Shown here: one piece after another, positions 1-24,392 of the stretch
How the letters are laid out: the number at the start of each line of letters is the position of its first letter
Position numbering within the stretch: position 1 is the stretch's first letter
From: Guillardia theta CCMP2712
Lineage: Eukaryota > Protista > Cryptophyta
DNA: 64,000 nucleotides
Reading direction: 5' to 3'
Assembly (NCBI RefSeq): GCF_000315625.1
Contig: NW_005434669.1
Coordinates: 842,330 to 906,329 of the forward strand
The notes under the pieces: generated by a model
Told to the model about the DNA's origin: nothing
The model's input: the letters and a program-made list of their open reading frames with translations, nothing else
The model's database searches: none
Position numbers and translations under genes: made by a program

Positions 1-8024
<8,024 letters not shown>

Positions 8025-8044
8025 TCTTGACCACCCCTACCCTC

Positions 8045-8056
8045 CTTATATATAAG
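8045..8056. promoter_or_regulatory. Palindromic TATA element between divergent genes
   Basis: CTTATATATAAG, a perfect 12-bp palindrome just upstream of the minus-strand C2 gene. Confidence 0.45.
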
Positions 8057-8727
8057 AAAATGCACCGGTGAGATTCCTGTTATGTCACAACTGTAAGGTC
8101 CCCTCGCTGTGACTGTGAGTGGTGGGAAAGGGGTGGGTGATCGAGGAAATGGCTGTTCACAAGGAGGCGGGGAAGAATGCAGGGAGAGGATAAGCATGCG
8201 CAAGAGATAGAGCAGGGAAGAGCATTGGCAGGAGAGCAGGAGAGCAGGAGAGCAGGAGAGCAGGAGAGCAGGAGAGCAGGTTAAGAGGAGGAAGAGAAGT
8301 GAGAAAGGACAAGAGCAAGTGAAGGTGGAAGTAGAGAAACGAAGGAGCTCGATGAATTATGTTGGAATGCATCAAACAAAAGATTTCGAAGGAGGATAAC
8401 CTCAGTAACTTTATGGCTGGCAGAGGGAGGTGAAGAAACCAGCCATGCTCTTTCGTTTTCAACAGCTGTTTCTTCTTGGCGGGGACTGGAGTGATCATGT
8501 GAGAATTGTTTCTTCGTCAATGAGTGCAGGGATTGACTCTCATGTTCAGAACAATGGTGGACATTGGGGAAACAACAGTAAGTATCCTGAGAGGGAGGAT
8601 AGTATGTGGTGAACTGACGCTCTGCTGATTCAGGTAATGGCATATCATGCGAGAGCTGCATGCAGGACGAGGAACCAGACCTTGGCTGGAACGACCTGCA
8701 GGAGATGTAATGCAGGAAGCGGCAGGG

Positions 8728-10853
8728 ATGAAGGGTGTGCTCTTGTGTATCGCGTTGTGCGTCTGTCTTGCACATGGTGATGTCATGCTCGGAGATGTTC
8801 TCCCCCGTGCCCGCCCGCAGCTCGCCATGGCTCGGCTACGAGGAGGAAGGCCACACGACCTGAGCTTCATCGGCATGCCCAGACAGGACAGCAAGCGAGG
8901 AGGAGCAAGGGCGACAGTGCCGGAAGACAGTCAGTGGAGCCGAGGGCAACATGTCGTCTCACTGGTGCTGCGGAAAACTCTGGGTGTAGCCCTAGTGATC
9001 GCCTTGATAGGACCTAACCTGTACGTGAAGAGCCGCTAACGTTCATTCTGTATAAGAGAAATGAAATGGCTGATGATCATACGCGTTCTTCTTCTTTCTT
9101 CTTCTTGCTGTCTTTGGCTGTCTTGCTTGTGACATGGTTGGGAGCTGTTCCCCTGGAGTTCATTCTGGATTGATTTGCAGGTCGTCGAAGGAGAAAACGG
9201 AAAACGACAAGAAGGACAAGAAAGCGAGAAAGAAAGAAGATCAGCCCTTCAAGCTCGACCTGATGAAGATTCTTCCGAGGTTTCACTTTGAATTTCGACA
9301 AGACGGGACTTTTCCGGACATCACGAGAAACGAAGTGAGCAAGTGAGCGTTGAATTTCTGTGGTTCACTGTGGAACAGAAGCAGGAATCAGCAGAAAGAG
9401 AAGCGCACGCAAGAGATGAAGAGATCCGACAGAAAATCTCCAGGCTGAACCAGGCCCTCGTGAACGATCTCAGGCCTGGTGAGCAAGTTGACTCTGATTG
9501 TTTCTAAGAGATGTTTGTGGGAATGAGATGAGAGAGACGGTGGAACGCTTGCTGAAAGATGCTTGCAGGGGATCATATACGGACCAAGGGAGCTTTCGGC
9601 TTCAGCTCCATGTCGCATCACGCCATCTACATCGGAGATGACCGTATTGTTCATTTCACTGGCGGGTCTGACTCCGATGTTTCGCTGCAAGCCAAACAGG
9701 TTGGTATGAGAGTGTCGGGGTCAAGAGGCAGAGGAGGCGGGGTGATGATTTGTGCCTGAAGAGAGCAAGTATCAAGAAAGAGCATATCAAAGTTATCCTC
9801 TCGCTGGCAAACCAAAACGGAGTTCAACTAGAGGTAATCGATGGTTTCTCCTTACCGCTATGTGAATCTCTTTCGTACCTTCTCGTCTGATCTGCTTTAT
9901 TCCAACCTTCCGTACATCGCAAAACCCGGCATCATCGCTGATATGAAACCAGATCGTTCCTCGTCCATCAAATGCTTTGAATCGAGATGTCATCGTGCAG
10001 AGGTATGGTCCAACGGAACTGAATCTATGGCGAATGTCGTTTTCTTGCAAATTTTGCCGGCCTGTCAACTTTTCTCTTTGTTTGCGACTTGTGTGTTGAT
10101 GGCTATGTTATGTTATCACGCATGTTCTAGCTCTAATATGTGTTTTGTTCTCAGGGCTCTGTCTAGAGTTGGTGACAAAGGTGGACATAATGCACTTACG
10201 CATCAATGTTGTTAAACTAAAAAGCTTGCAGGATACAACCTGCTGCTCAGTAACTGCGAGCACTTCGCGTAAGTTTCTGCAAACCTCTTCCCCGATTCGT
10301 TGTTGTTCTTTCCCTTCTCCACGTTCCTGCTCTGCCTCCGTGCCTCTCAACCACATATGTGCCCCTGCCTTCTCTTCCCTTGCACATGTTGAATTGTTGG
10401 GCTTCTTCTTTCCCGGCAGGATGTGCCGGGTCGGTTGACAGTCTTTATGCCACTACCACCCACCTCGCCTTAATGTGTCAGTCTTCCTTCTCCTCGAATC
10501 TTATTGTGACCAGTCAGTGGTGCGTCACCGGAGTAACACGGAGTGATCAAGTTCTATCGGCCTTGCAAGGGCCCATCAGGTGATGGAGGAGGACGATAAG
10601 AGAGTAGGCAGCAGGCAGCAGGCAGCAGGCAGCAGGCAGGAAACTCCTATGTGACATCATCTGCAGGTTTCTACGGCGAGTCATTGACGATCTCATCGAG
10701 ACGTCTCAGCATCCCATCAAGGGGAAGCCTTTGAGACACTCAGCCACCACCGTAAGACAAGTTTGCAAACCTCGTCTTGACGTGTGACTCTTTGTTCAGG
10801 TGTATACCGTGCTCTCTATTCTTTCTGCGCACCTCATCTTCTTCTCGTGGTAG
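8728..10853 (+). CDS. LRAT/PLAAT-family (permuted NlpC/P60) acyltransferase/phospholipase with signal peptide and C-terminal membrane anchor
   Basis: H-box GDHIRTKG..HHAIYIGDDRIVHFTGG (~9570-9666); RALSRVG, then a 37-nt exon 10232-10268 encoding YNLLLSNCEHFA, then WCVTGVTRSDQV; N-terminal MKGVLLCIALCVCLAHG; last exon VYTVLSILSAHLIFFSW* ends at TAG 10853. Confidence 0.85.
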
Positions 10854-10961
10854 AGCACCAACAATCAGCACTGAGATAGAAAGACAGACAGCAAGTACGA
10901 TTTAGCTATCATCTTTTTATTTCTTTTTTCTTTTTCAATGGCATGGGATGAGAGTGGGAGA

Positions 10962-12608
10962 TTATGATTGCATGGCGTCGATGAGCGAGCTTCGCATCTC
11001 TGTGACGATTCGGCTGCCAAAATCAGTCAGCCCCTCGAGTTCACCCATCTCCTCCTCCTTCCCTTCCTCTTCCCCCTCCTTCTCCTCCACCTCCTCCTCC
11101 TCCTCCTCCTCCTCCTCCTCCTCCTCCTCTGCTTATGTCCTACCTTGGCTGCGCGTTTCTCAGCTTGAAGATGCTCTCGATGACGGAGATCTCTGTCGAG
11201 GTCGTGTCCTGCCGCATGCCCGTCAAGAAAGCGCATCGTAGTCAACACACTCGCACCAGCCCACAGAAGGCGGACCAGTCGTTGACGCAGAGGCCGGCAG
11301 CAATGACATCGCTTCCTCTGTTGACAGTTCCTGCTACAATAGGAACCTGCGGAGACGGCAGACGTCAATCGCTCTCTTCCTGCTCCTCATCGGCAACCTG
11401 AAGCAAGGATGACAACTCGTCCTGGTCCTCGACTGAGGTCCGTGGATGCACCTTCAGATGACTAAGTCAACTTGCGCACTGCCAACAAGAAGAAGGAGAG
11501 GAACAAGAAGAGAAAAAAATGACGAGCGGGAGAAAGGATATGAAAGAAGAGAAAGAAGAGAAAAGGACTGTTACCATTCCTCCCTGATTTGTTAAGCAGC
11601 AATAAGATCCCACAAGAACGTTCCCAGCAATGGTTTGTCGGAAAACTTCGACTCCGAGAACATCAGCAACGATTTCTTCTGTTTCCCTATCAAGATCTGG
11701 AGGCTGCATCAACAAAACGCTCTCTCTCCCACCGCACAATACCAGTGTGAGTAAGTGCAACATAATCGTTCGTACAAATACAGTTCCCCAACGCCGAAAG
11801 CCGCTCTTCAATTCTCTGAGAAAGGAAATTCAGTACCTCACATCGAGACATGCTGCGATCAGGATGGGTTGACTTACCTGTACAACGACACTATCAGGAA
11901 GAGAGTTGCGGATATGCAACATCTCTTGATCTGTTGTTGTATTGGGAAGAAGCAACCCCTTGCTGTTCCCGACACATAACCTGCCAATAATCCGACATCC
12001 TGCTATACTGGCATGGATCACTGGGACGTGATCCGCAAGCTCTGATTCAAACACGCTGTAAAAGTTCTCGCTCCCGCCGATTCCAACCTGCGCACCGTCG
12101 CACTCAGCTGTAGAGAAGCACAAGATGAGGTAGCCGCAAATAGGCAAATATTTCAAGGCAACATGACGAACAACATGGATCAAGATCGCAGGCATAGATA
12201 AACAACAACAACAACAGTCCACTTCATGGACAGAAATTGAAACCCCACAAACCGCTTCAAAAAACAAGGATCAAGTTCACGATCAGCATTTCAATCAGGA
12301 GCCTCTTGATGTCAGGAACATCAAATGGTAGCACAAAATTTCAAACACATTCGTCAAGCACATAGCATATCCACTTATCGCATCAGCACTTCTCTTCAAC
12401 TCCATCGGCAAGACACCTTGACCCAGTATCCCGCAACATGCACGACTGCACGCTTCGACGAGGCAACGGCCTCCTCGAGCCATGGCCTCTCGCTCTCACT
12501 CTCCTCTGTGTCTCAGCATAGCGGGTATCTTACCAGACAGTAGGAGTTTGTGAGGCGAGCAAACACTCCGACCTCATTGTTGTTCTCAAACTGCACGCGC
12601 GTCGCCAT
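10962..12608 (-). CDS. EIF6: Eukaryotic translation initiation factor 6
   Basis: [25 protein letters not shown]|[41 protein letters not shown]...[11 protein letters not shown]...[18 protein letters not shown]...[18 protein letters not shown]|[18 protein letters not shown]...[16 protein letters not shown]...[11 protein letters not shown]; all junctions examined are GT-AG. Confidence 0.97.
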
Positions 12609-12679
12609 CGCACGTGAAGCTGAAGGAACTTGCGCAACGGGTTTGTAACGGCATCCACGGTTGCACCGTACGCCGTCAG

Positions 12680-13160
12680 CCGGTGCCCGGCCCGCCGTCC
12701 GACAGCCTGTCCGATCGGACAGCCTGGCGGCCGGGCTTGTCGGGGTCGGCACTCACGGTGACTGTCCGGAGTAAGTACTATACCGGGGCGGTCCCCCGGC
12801 AATCATCCGGAGTCACACTGGCAGTGACATTTAATAGTACTCAGCGACCGCCGGTCACCCGGTGCGGCGGCCCGGCCGCCTACCGCGAGTGCGGCTCCGA
12901 GTCCGGAAGGCGGGCCGGGCTAGGCCCCACTGAAGGGCAACCGGCCCTGCCCAAATCAAGCTGCCTCAGATCATCCCGACTCAGTATCGCCGGTCCGATC
13001 AGTCACGCGCCCCCCCCCGGCCCCGGGCCGACCCAGTCACTGAGTGGCAGCCTCGGACTCCGGACTCCGGGGAGCCTCGGCGGAGCCCGGGCCCGGCATG
13101 CCCGGCCACTGAGTCACTGAGTGAACTGTCCAGTTCCGAGGCGGACCCGGACCGAGAGTT
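12680..13160. promoter_or_regulatory. Intergenic GC-rich palindrome island A
   Basis: CCGG/GGCC-dense; perfect palindrome CTGTCCGATCGGACAG at 12707-12722; ACTGAGTCACTGAGT at 13108-13122; function inferred. Confidence 0.55.
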
Positions 13161-13807
13161 GGTCCTTTTCTCCGAGGCGGACCTCAGATTCTTGACGGGT
13201 GGTTTGCAAACCGTAGGTGGTTCAAACGAAGGGGTGGGTATAAGTGCCTGTGTGATGGCCTATTTCGGGATGGCCTTTTACTCAAAGTTTCGGGATCATG
13301 TACAACGGGAAGCAAGAGAGGAGAGAGGGTTCACAAGGGAAGGGATGGGACAGAGAGGGGGGGGGAGAGAGGTGGGGAGGGAGAAAATCTCCAGGGAATG
13401 AGCAGGAAGAGGGGGATGGAGGAATGCAGCAGGGAGTTTCAGATTCCGCTGAGTTTCTTTCAAGAACGAGGCGAGGTAGGAATGCGATGATGCTTCATGA
13501 GTGAGGGCCAATGGGGTTGCAAATTATGTAGATGCATTTGCTGCGAGAGATTTTCTGTAGCAATTGTGTCAAACCCCGTGGTTTGTGAAGCTTGCAGCTC
13601 TCGAAAGTGGGGATGGAAAAATTTTTGTTTTAATAATTTTGATTGATGTCAGAACAGACTGGTTTGATTTTGGTGAAGGTTTAAGACATGACACAAGTTC
13701 CTCCCTGTCATCTGACGAAAAATAGATGAGAGATGTCCCGTTAGTTTTCTTTGGAAGTAGTGGATATAAGTTGAATCGATTGGCTTGCTGATTTAAACCA
13801 CTAGGAG

Positions 13808-15062
13808 ATGGATCAAAATCAGACCTCAAGCAGCAACGCCAGGAAGAAGAGCTTGTGGGCAGCTGCTTCACTTGGGTTGTTTGTTGTCGCGCTGGTCGGA
13901 AGTCATGTAGCCTTGAATCGCTCAGACGACATTGACGAGCACTTCATGCTCCAGAACCAACACCTGAGCACATTGAAATCCCGAGCCTTGGCCGATCAAG
14001 CTCAGAAAATGGCGAGTATGACATCAGTGAGTACAGGGAGACAGCAGTCTTTGGCGTCAGTGAAAGAGTCGCGGTTGGGGGGCGTACACAGCGCGAGATA
14101 CGCAGCACTGGTCGAGCCGAACAAAAACCTTGTGATCATGCTTGAGAAGAAAGCCAAAGCCCTGAAGGAGCTCGGCCAAGATCAGTTGGCGAAGGCGAGG
14201 GATATGATGCATCTCGCGCATGAAGCCAAGAAGGATGCCTCTGCAGAAATCAAGCAGGCGGCTACCATGCGCCTGCTGGAGAAACAGGCGAAGGCAGAGG
14301 GAAAGCAAGTTCGTGTGTCGTTTGCCAAGGCAGAAGAGCCGACGCTGAAGGCCAACAAGGAGATGAAAGCAGCTGACCGAGCGTACAGACGTGAAGCGCT
14401 GAAACTTGCTGGCCTGATCCCAAAGGTTAACGAGTTGAAATCTGAAAAGAAGCCTGTCCCGGCGTCACTGCTGGCTGAAATCAAGAACGTGACCGCAGCA
14501 CTGAAAGCTGACAAGTCCCAGCGTGCAAGGTGGGACAGGAGCTGGTCTGTCAAAGGCGCCTGACCTCCTAGCCAGGATTGCAAAAGAGCTGCAGCAGGCT
14601 GCTTCCGCCCAGTCATCTTCCTACTCCAACGCTCAAGGGAACAACCCTCTGAACCTTGAGCTTCAACGACAGGTGACTGGGCTGTTCCGTATCTCTGCGA
14701 ATTTTCCTCCTGACTTTGATCCATAGGAATACGAGTTTGATGAGGAGTCAATGCGGAAGTATGAGATATCTCATTTCTGCCAGATTTGTCAGTCTTTAAG
14801 AGTCTCCCACAGGGCCAGCCGAGGAAAAAAGGAGATGAAGGAATACAAGACCGATTTGGATGATAGCAGCTCGCGGAAACTCGACGCCCAACGGCTGCTA
14901 GATGTTTCTGCCTGCCTCTTCAAGTATTCTTGCACTCACTTTTGGCCTGCAATGCGTGACTAGGCACGTGGCAGGAACGCGGACTACTACAAGTTTGACG
15001 CTGACTTTGTGCGAGACGAAGATGCAACTTACCAACAAGTGTTGAACCATTGTGGTGCCTGA
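13808..15062 (+). CDS. Hypothetical type II membrane protein with a long Ala/Lys-rich coiled coil
   Basis: ORF from 13808 with TM segment SLWAAASLGLFVVALVGSHVAL and a helical body; continues through short GT-AG introns (ARIAKELQQ.., EYEFDEESMRK, ASRGKKEMKEY..); 3' end approximate. Confidence 0.7.
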
Positions 15063-15139
15063 GGAGGCCGCAAACAACTGTAAAGTATTCCTGATGTAAT
15101 TTCCCCTATCTTGAATTGAATTAAACCATCTCTGTCCAC

Positions 15140-15450
15140 GGCCAAGTTTGAAGAACCGTGGCAGCCTCAATGAAGCCGGGCCGAAGTTATGATCGGCTTC
15201 AACTTCGGCAGGGGCCGTTGAATGGGCCGTTGGCCGCGCATGCCATGATGGACTTCGGTCCGATCGGTCAGCGTTCCGACTCCGACGTCGGAGTGACTCG
15301 ACTCGAAAGTGAGATCTCTGGGACATACTAGTGTTTCCGGGCCGGGCCCGAATGCCGGGCCCTCACGGCCACGCGGCGGCGGCGGCTGCAGTCACCCGGT
15401 CATAGGTCACGTAGTAGTACGGTGATCCGGGCCGTGAACTGTTCAACTGG
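15140..15450. promoter_or_regulatory. Intergenic GC-rich palindrome island B
   Basis: Perfect palindrome ACTCCGACGTCGGAGT at 15279-15294; inverted repeat GCCGAAGTT/AACTTCGGC at 15180-15209. Confidence 0.55.
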
Positions 15451-16520
15451 TCGAGACGGACTACCCCTAGCAGAGTACCCGTACTAGCCCAACGTAGTAG
15501 CAGCTGCTAGGGCAGAGATTGGCAGGACTCATCGTTCACCTCGGATAACTAAATTCTAGTACCGGCATCGTCGGAACATTCTATGGCCATGAGGACCCCT
15601 ACTTTCCTGCGAAAGTATAACCCCCTTCCCCCTCCCGAGTCTTGCGATCCGCAAGTCTGATCTGACACCAAACCTAATCGCAATAGTGACAGCAGCCGCT
15701 AGCTAGAAGGGGTGGTTTCCCCAATCCCTGAATGAGAAAAGGAGGGGTGGAGGTGATTGAGATTGTTGCAGATACCTTGTTTGTGACGACGGCAGGGGGG
15801 CGCAACTAGTTTACAATTATTTTTCTGTACCCCCACCCCCTTTTTACTTACAATCTAGGTATGGAGTCTGAGATACGGTCCTTCCCCCAAAAGAAGGTTT
15901 TTCCATACCTATCGTACATATACATAAAAATATGTAATACGTGGTTGAACTCTCTAAATTAGTTTTAGAAAACGAAACGAAGCAATTTAATGGCGTTTCA
16001 AATAATTTCAGTAACAAGCGCATCTGGCTTATATTCTAATATTAGCGGCCCCCGATCGAAGCTCTATGCGCCCCAAGTGCTGCAAACTTCATTATCGTGT
16101 AGGGGTCACAAATTTCACTTTGTGCTTTTAAATTTCGAGTTTTCTGGATTTACAATACAAATTTTCATCGTTTTAGACAAATTGTGTGACTGAGGACCCC
16201 TATGTCAACAAAGAATGTATGCGACCCCCTTTTAAGCTCCTCTCCCCTACCCCCTTCGTTCCCTCTCGCCACCCACCTCTCTTACCTTATCCACCCCCTC
16301 CTTTGCACCTCCCTGTCCCCCCCTCCATCCCTGACTTCTACATCCTCTGCCAGCCCTCGACCTCATCCTCGATCCGCTCCTCGCCAACCCACGGTTGGTG
16401 AAACTCTGGAAGAACTCTTCCTCTCCTTCGGATTGCCGCCCTCCCTCCTTCCTTCTGTTGCACACAGAAAGAGAACCCACTAGCTCTCCCGAGAACTGCT
16501 CCAAACACACAAATTCCCAA

Positions 16521-17452
16521 ATGGCTGCTCTTACTCAGGTATGACCCTCAACTTGCACGCAGACGTTTTGCTCACGTTTGATCAGGCTCAAGTGAAGTCT
16601 TGGATCGATGACTTCCTTGAAGGACTCACCTCCCCAGTCGACTGGAATAAGCTCCAGGGACTCATGTCCAAGCGTGTCACTGTTGAGATGCCGGGAGAAC
16701 CCAAGGCTAAGAAGTTCGAGGACTGGAAGAAGAAGTCCGAGTCATTCTATGACTGCTTCAAGAACGCCAAGAGGTCCATGCCAAAGAATGCTCAACCCAT
16801 CTTTGTCCGAAGCAAGAAGGACGAGATCGAAGTTATCTGCCCCGAAAATTGCTCTTTTGTGTGGACCTCCGCTCTGCAAGAGATGTACCCTCAGGTTACC
16901 CTTTCCCCTGGAGACAAGTCCAGAATCTCCGGCTACCTCCGATTCAAGCTCTCTGGCAAGAGTGAGTGCTCATGGTTTGCCCCGTTGTTCAGCCCAACCG
17001 ACTTCAAGCAAGATTCCCGTGCCGATGATGATGACACATTTTTGCACAAGCTCTACCTACAGTGGAATAATGGTGTAGACAAGATTCAGGATAGCTTGGG
17101 TGACGAAATCAAGGCTGAGTTTCCCACCGTCGGAAAGGTAGATAAGAGTGGAATGATGGAGATTTTGGCACTTTTCAAGGACTGCAAGAGATCGTTCATG
17201 CCTGGCTGCCATCCCGTCATGATGTCTACTGGAAAGGATGATATCAGCGAGGGAATCGTGCCGGTCATCTACACCTTCAAGTGGAGTGCTGCTCTCAACG
17301 ACAAATTTAAGCTTCAGCTGGCTGACAACGCAGAAGTCGAGCTGAAGTCATATGACTGCTTGACAGTCAAGAGCAACAAGGTCATTTCGTTTGCTCCTCA
17401 CTTCGATCCGGAAACAAATATCAAGCCTGTTGGCAAGTCCGGAGGCGCATAA
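16521..17452 (+). CDS. Protein with two tandem NTF2/SnoaL-like repeats (fold inferred)
   Basis: Exon 1 MAALTQ (16521-16538), intron 16539-16585, exon 2 to TAA 17452; internal duplication FKNAKRSMP/FKDCKRSFM, SFVWTSALQE/TFKWSAALND, WFAPLFSP/SFAPHFDP. Confidence 0.8.
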
Positions 17453-17661
17453 GCGGCCCCGCCCAGAACATATTTTGTAAGAACCACCGATAGTCGCTCC
17501 ACGAATTGAGCGTTCTACCCTTGGCGGGGCCTATTGAAAAATCTATCAGTAGCACTGTGGTTTATTTTTTGTTCAATTTAGTAAACTAGAAACATGAACT
17601 TCTGTGCCATTGATCATCTCATCATAGTTCCTGTCACATTGGAGGTTAAACACTAATACAA

Positions 17662-20167
17662 TCATTTTCTCACTGACTTCCTCGCAAGTTGGAACGATGG
17701 ATCAAGCTCAAGCGCCTTGTTGTAGTGCACGGCAGCCTGCGTTTTATCGCGTCGAAACATCCAGCAGATGTTTGCAAGGCAGCAATGAGCATATGGATCA
17801 TCTGCATGCAGTGAACTCCTCGTTTCCCTCCCCTTCACAGCAACCTGGATGTCGGAACACCGCGTTCCTGAAGACAGCTTCTGCTGCCTCTGCCCCATCT
17901 TGCCTGGACTCCTAGATATGGTGTGACAAGAAGCATTCAGACATCGTGATGCACCAGTAGGATTTGGCCGAACTCAACAGCAAGATGGACGTCTGAGGCA
18001 TGTCAGCAAGTGCAAACTCCTCCTCGTCATGTTACTGGTCGGATCTCGCCCGATCGCCTTCTCCATGGTCAACTCGGCCTCCTCCTTGTCGTTGAGGTGG
18101 GAAAGGTAGAACCATGCTCTGACAGCGGAGAGCTCATCACTGCCACGCTCCAGTCATCCAACAGATGGGATATTTCGTAAGGACAACTCGGCAGGGCGCT
18201 CTAGCGATGCTTGATTGATCCTCTCAGATGCCTGTTCCAGGTCTTGGATGCTTCCTGGTGCGAGGGGAGACGACGTATCAGACATCTTCCTTTCCCTCCT
18301 TTGCGTTGACCTTGAGGGAAGGAGAGAAAAGCTCCTAACATCTGCGTGTCGCTGGGGACAAGCTGCAGCGCGTGTAGGAGGGCTTCCTCCGCAGTCTTGA
18401 AATCCTGCCAGGAGCCTCACAGTCGCTCGGCTGCTGCATACGAATCGAGCCGATACCTTAGCTTTCAAGTAGCATTGCGCGAGAGGATGATAGATTCTGT
18501 GACAGTCTGGATTGGCTCGGACGGCCTTCTCCAACAGGAAGGTGGCTCCCTCCAGGTCGTCTTTCTGCTCTAACATGAGTTGCGAACTCGCCAACAAGGG
18601 CAAGGACCTCGTCTCTGAGGTAAATAGCGTAGTTGCAGATCGTTTCCAGTTGCGAAGGATTCATCTTCAGAATCCTGCTACCTCCATCAGACATGCACCG
18701 ACAGGTCGCCTCGATCTCTCCTGTTGAAAACCTCCTGAGGATCTTCAGGGGTGACAAATCCCTTCGACTTCATGCTGCTCAGCAGAGCCGCATAGTTGCT
18801 CATGGTGTCCATGTTGTCTGGTTGGAGGCACAGGGACTGGACGAGGAGTGAGCATGCCGGCAAGGAAAAGGTCTCGTCACCTCCTGGTACAGCTGCAAGG
18901 AGCGGTCGTAGCGATTCAGCTTCTTGTTCAGTCGCGCTGTAGGAACAAATTCAAGTCAAGAAACACAAGTGAAACAAATTCAAGTGTCTCCCGTTCTCAC
19001 CGAGCTCGCCCAGAACGTTTGTGTCATTCGGAGATTTCGTGCTTGCTCTCTCTACCAAGTCACAGGCTTCCTGCACCTCTCCTGCCGCCTCCTTCATCAT
19101 GGCAATTTGACACAGCGCGACGGGATGGTCTGCGGTCAAGCTCGATCACGGCATTCAAGAGCTGCACTGGCATCACCAGGACACAGCCGAAGTGCTCGCT
19201 CGAAGAAGCTTCTGGCTTCTTCCATCCTGTCTGTGGAGAACTTTTGAGATGGTTCGGTGTCGTCAGTGCACGGTAGAGGAGAGGGGAGACAAAGTAGGAG
19301 GGATGGAAGGTAGGGGTGCAGAGGATTACTAGTGGACATAGCCAGCATCCCAAGTCGGACGTCATACTCCGGATTCAACGGGTTCAAGAAGTGGGCCCTT
19401 TGATAGACCTCGAAGGAGAGCGATTGGAGATCGGCAATGCTGTCCTCCGTCTCCAGCTCTTCCATGGTCGTCAGGGAAGCGGCGGCAGGGAGCATCGCAG
19501 TCACCCCATTCTACCGTGGACAAGAATGCGTCCAGCACTTCGCACAGCTTCTTGTCATCATCCGGCATCTGGTGGACAGAAGCTCAGCATGCGGCGGCGA
19601 CGTATTCCAGCTCCGACCTCCACTCCCCGAGCAGTCCTCCAGATCTTGGTGTTCTGCAAGAAAGAGGGGGGGGGTTAAGACCTGCACTCGCAGCTCGTCG
19701 TCAGAGGCTTCACCTTAGCCTCCTCCTCCTGGCGTCTTCGAGCTTTCAGCAGGGTCCTTTCAATGGCCTCAGGGCAGAGCTGTAGCCGAGCGGGGGGCTG
19801 GAGAGCGTCAGGTCGATGGCTCAAGCCATGGTCTTGATCAGTTTGACCTTGTTCGATGCAGGTGTCTCCGTCAACAGGCTTGCGAGAGAAGACAGACCTT
19901 GTTACAGGAGAAAGACCTTGGTTGAGCTCACCTGGACGACGATGATGATGACGGCAGTCCGAGAGGAGAGACGCTCTGAGTTATCAAGACAAGCCACAGC
20001 CACAGCAAGTGATTGATCTTCCTCCTCATCTGCTTCCTTCTAACCCCCTCTGCTAGCCTTCCTTCGACGTGCGCTCCTCCCCCCCCCGCTCCTCCTGCCC
20101 TTCCTCCGTTTCTTAGGGTCAGACAACTGGCAAACTTTTTTGACGGATTGGGGCGCATCGCTGCCAT
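17662..20167 (-). CDS. Tetratricopeptide-repeat protein
   Basis: Several TPR-like exons: EVYQRAHFLNPLNPE, EEARSFFERALRLCP, NPSQLETICNYAIYL, LEGATFLLEKAVRANPD, DDPYAHCCLANICW..AAVHYNKALELDPSFQLAR. Confidence 0.8.
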
Positions 20168-20375
20168 GGCGGGATAAGGAAGTGGTGGTCAGCAGGGGGC
20201 GAGAAGCGGCAGAAGAAGGAGGGAGATGGGGAGGGGGAGGAGGATAGCGCTAATACTTGCTCGACCAAGAGGTCAAGGCAAAGAGGAAGAGGGAAGGGGG
20301 ATGCGCGCTTGTATGTATTAATTATGTACAGAAAAACTATTCACACAACAGGAGCTGTAAGAAACAGTCAAGTCG

Positions 20376-23528
<3,153 letters not shown>

Positions 23529-23579
23529 GCCGTCTCCCTCGCCTCCTCTAGCTCTCATCCCTCCCACCCGCCATCATGG

Positions 23580-23700
23580 CAACGGCAGCCACTGGCGGGC
23601 CCCGGCCCGGCCCTCTTTGGTAGGCCTCGGGCGGCGCGCCCCCCCCGGCCGCCGGGACTCCGGACCTGCCGGCCTTCCGATGCCCGGGCGGGCCCGGGAA
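23580..23700. promoter_or_regulatory. Intergenic GC-rich island C
   Basis: CCGG/GGCC-dense block followed by an AT-rich tract (~23715-23850) and an ACCC-rich block. Confidence 0.5.
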
Positions 23701-24392
23701 GCAGTCGCTTCGTCTTTTAAAGATTGTACATTTTGATTCTTTTACAGAAATTTCAGTCTTGTTGTACTTTCAGTACAAACTAGTGGTTTATGGTACAAAT
23801 ATTTCTATGATTTGTTTGGGACAACATTTTAATAACTTTTGTTTGATGATAGAAGTCTGGTGCCACCCACACGAGGGGTTGTATCACCCTACCCACTATA
23901 TGCCTATAGGCATCTGGAGAAACTACGGGTACTGCGAAATGAGCACCCCTTGTACAATATTGCTACAACCAGTTCCACCCTTCATGCTCCGATCCCAGCC
24001 CCACCTAGCAGGCACCCCCCTCCCTCGCCTCTGCCGCATCCTCCTCCATCGTCCCTTACACGAACTTCTCATTCTCAACACCGTCTCTTGAACCCTCCTT
24101 TCGATTCACCTCCCCCCTCTCTCAATTCCTCGCACACTTCCTAATTCGTTGTCACCTGCGGTTCTTTCGTCTTGCCTCCCGTACAGTCTTCATATCAGCA
24201 CTTCCCCAATGTTGTTGACTATTTGCTGCTGTGAGTGTTCCATGCATCTACTACATGAGACAGGAGAGGGCGGTGTGTCCAAACTTCCTTAACTCTGCCC
24301 TTCCTCAAACGCACTGTGAATATCTCTGCTGAGAGATCCCAAATTTCATTGTTTCATAGCCGTGATTCTTATTTCTCTCATGCTTCAGCTGT

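Noticed and set aside
12091-12530. Possible intronic snoRNA in the unusually long first intron of eIF6 (hairpin TTGATGT/ACATCAA at ~12306-12324)
   Set aside because: No canonical RUGAUGA box C with a terminal stem or clear H/ACA layout visible; an Infernal/snoscan search would be needed
13135-13183. 13-bp direct repeat TCCGAGGCGGACC as a target-site duplication
   Set aside because: The copies are only 23 bp apart and do not flank the island or any element
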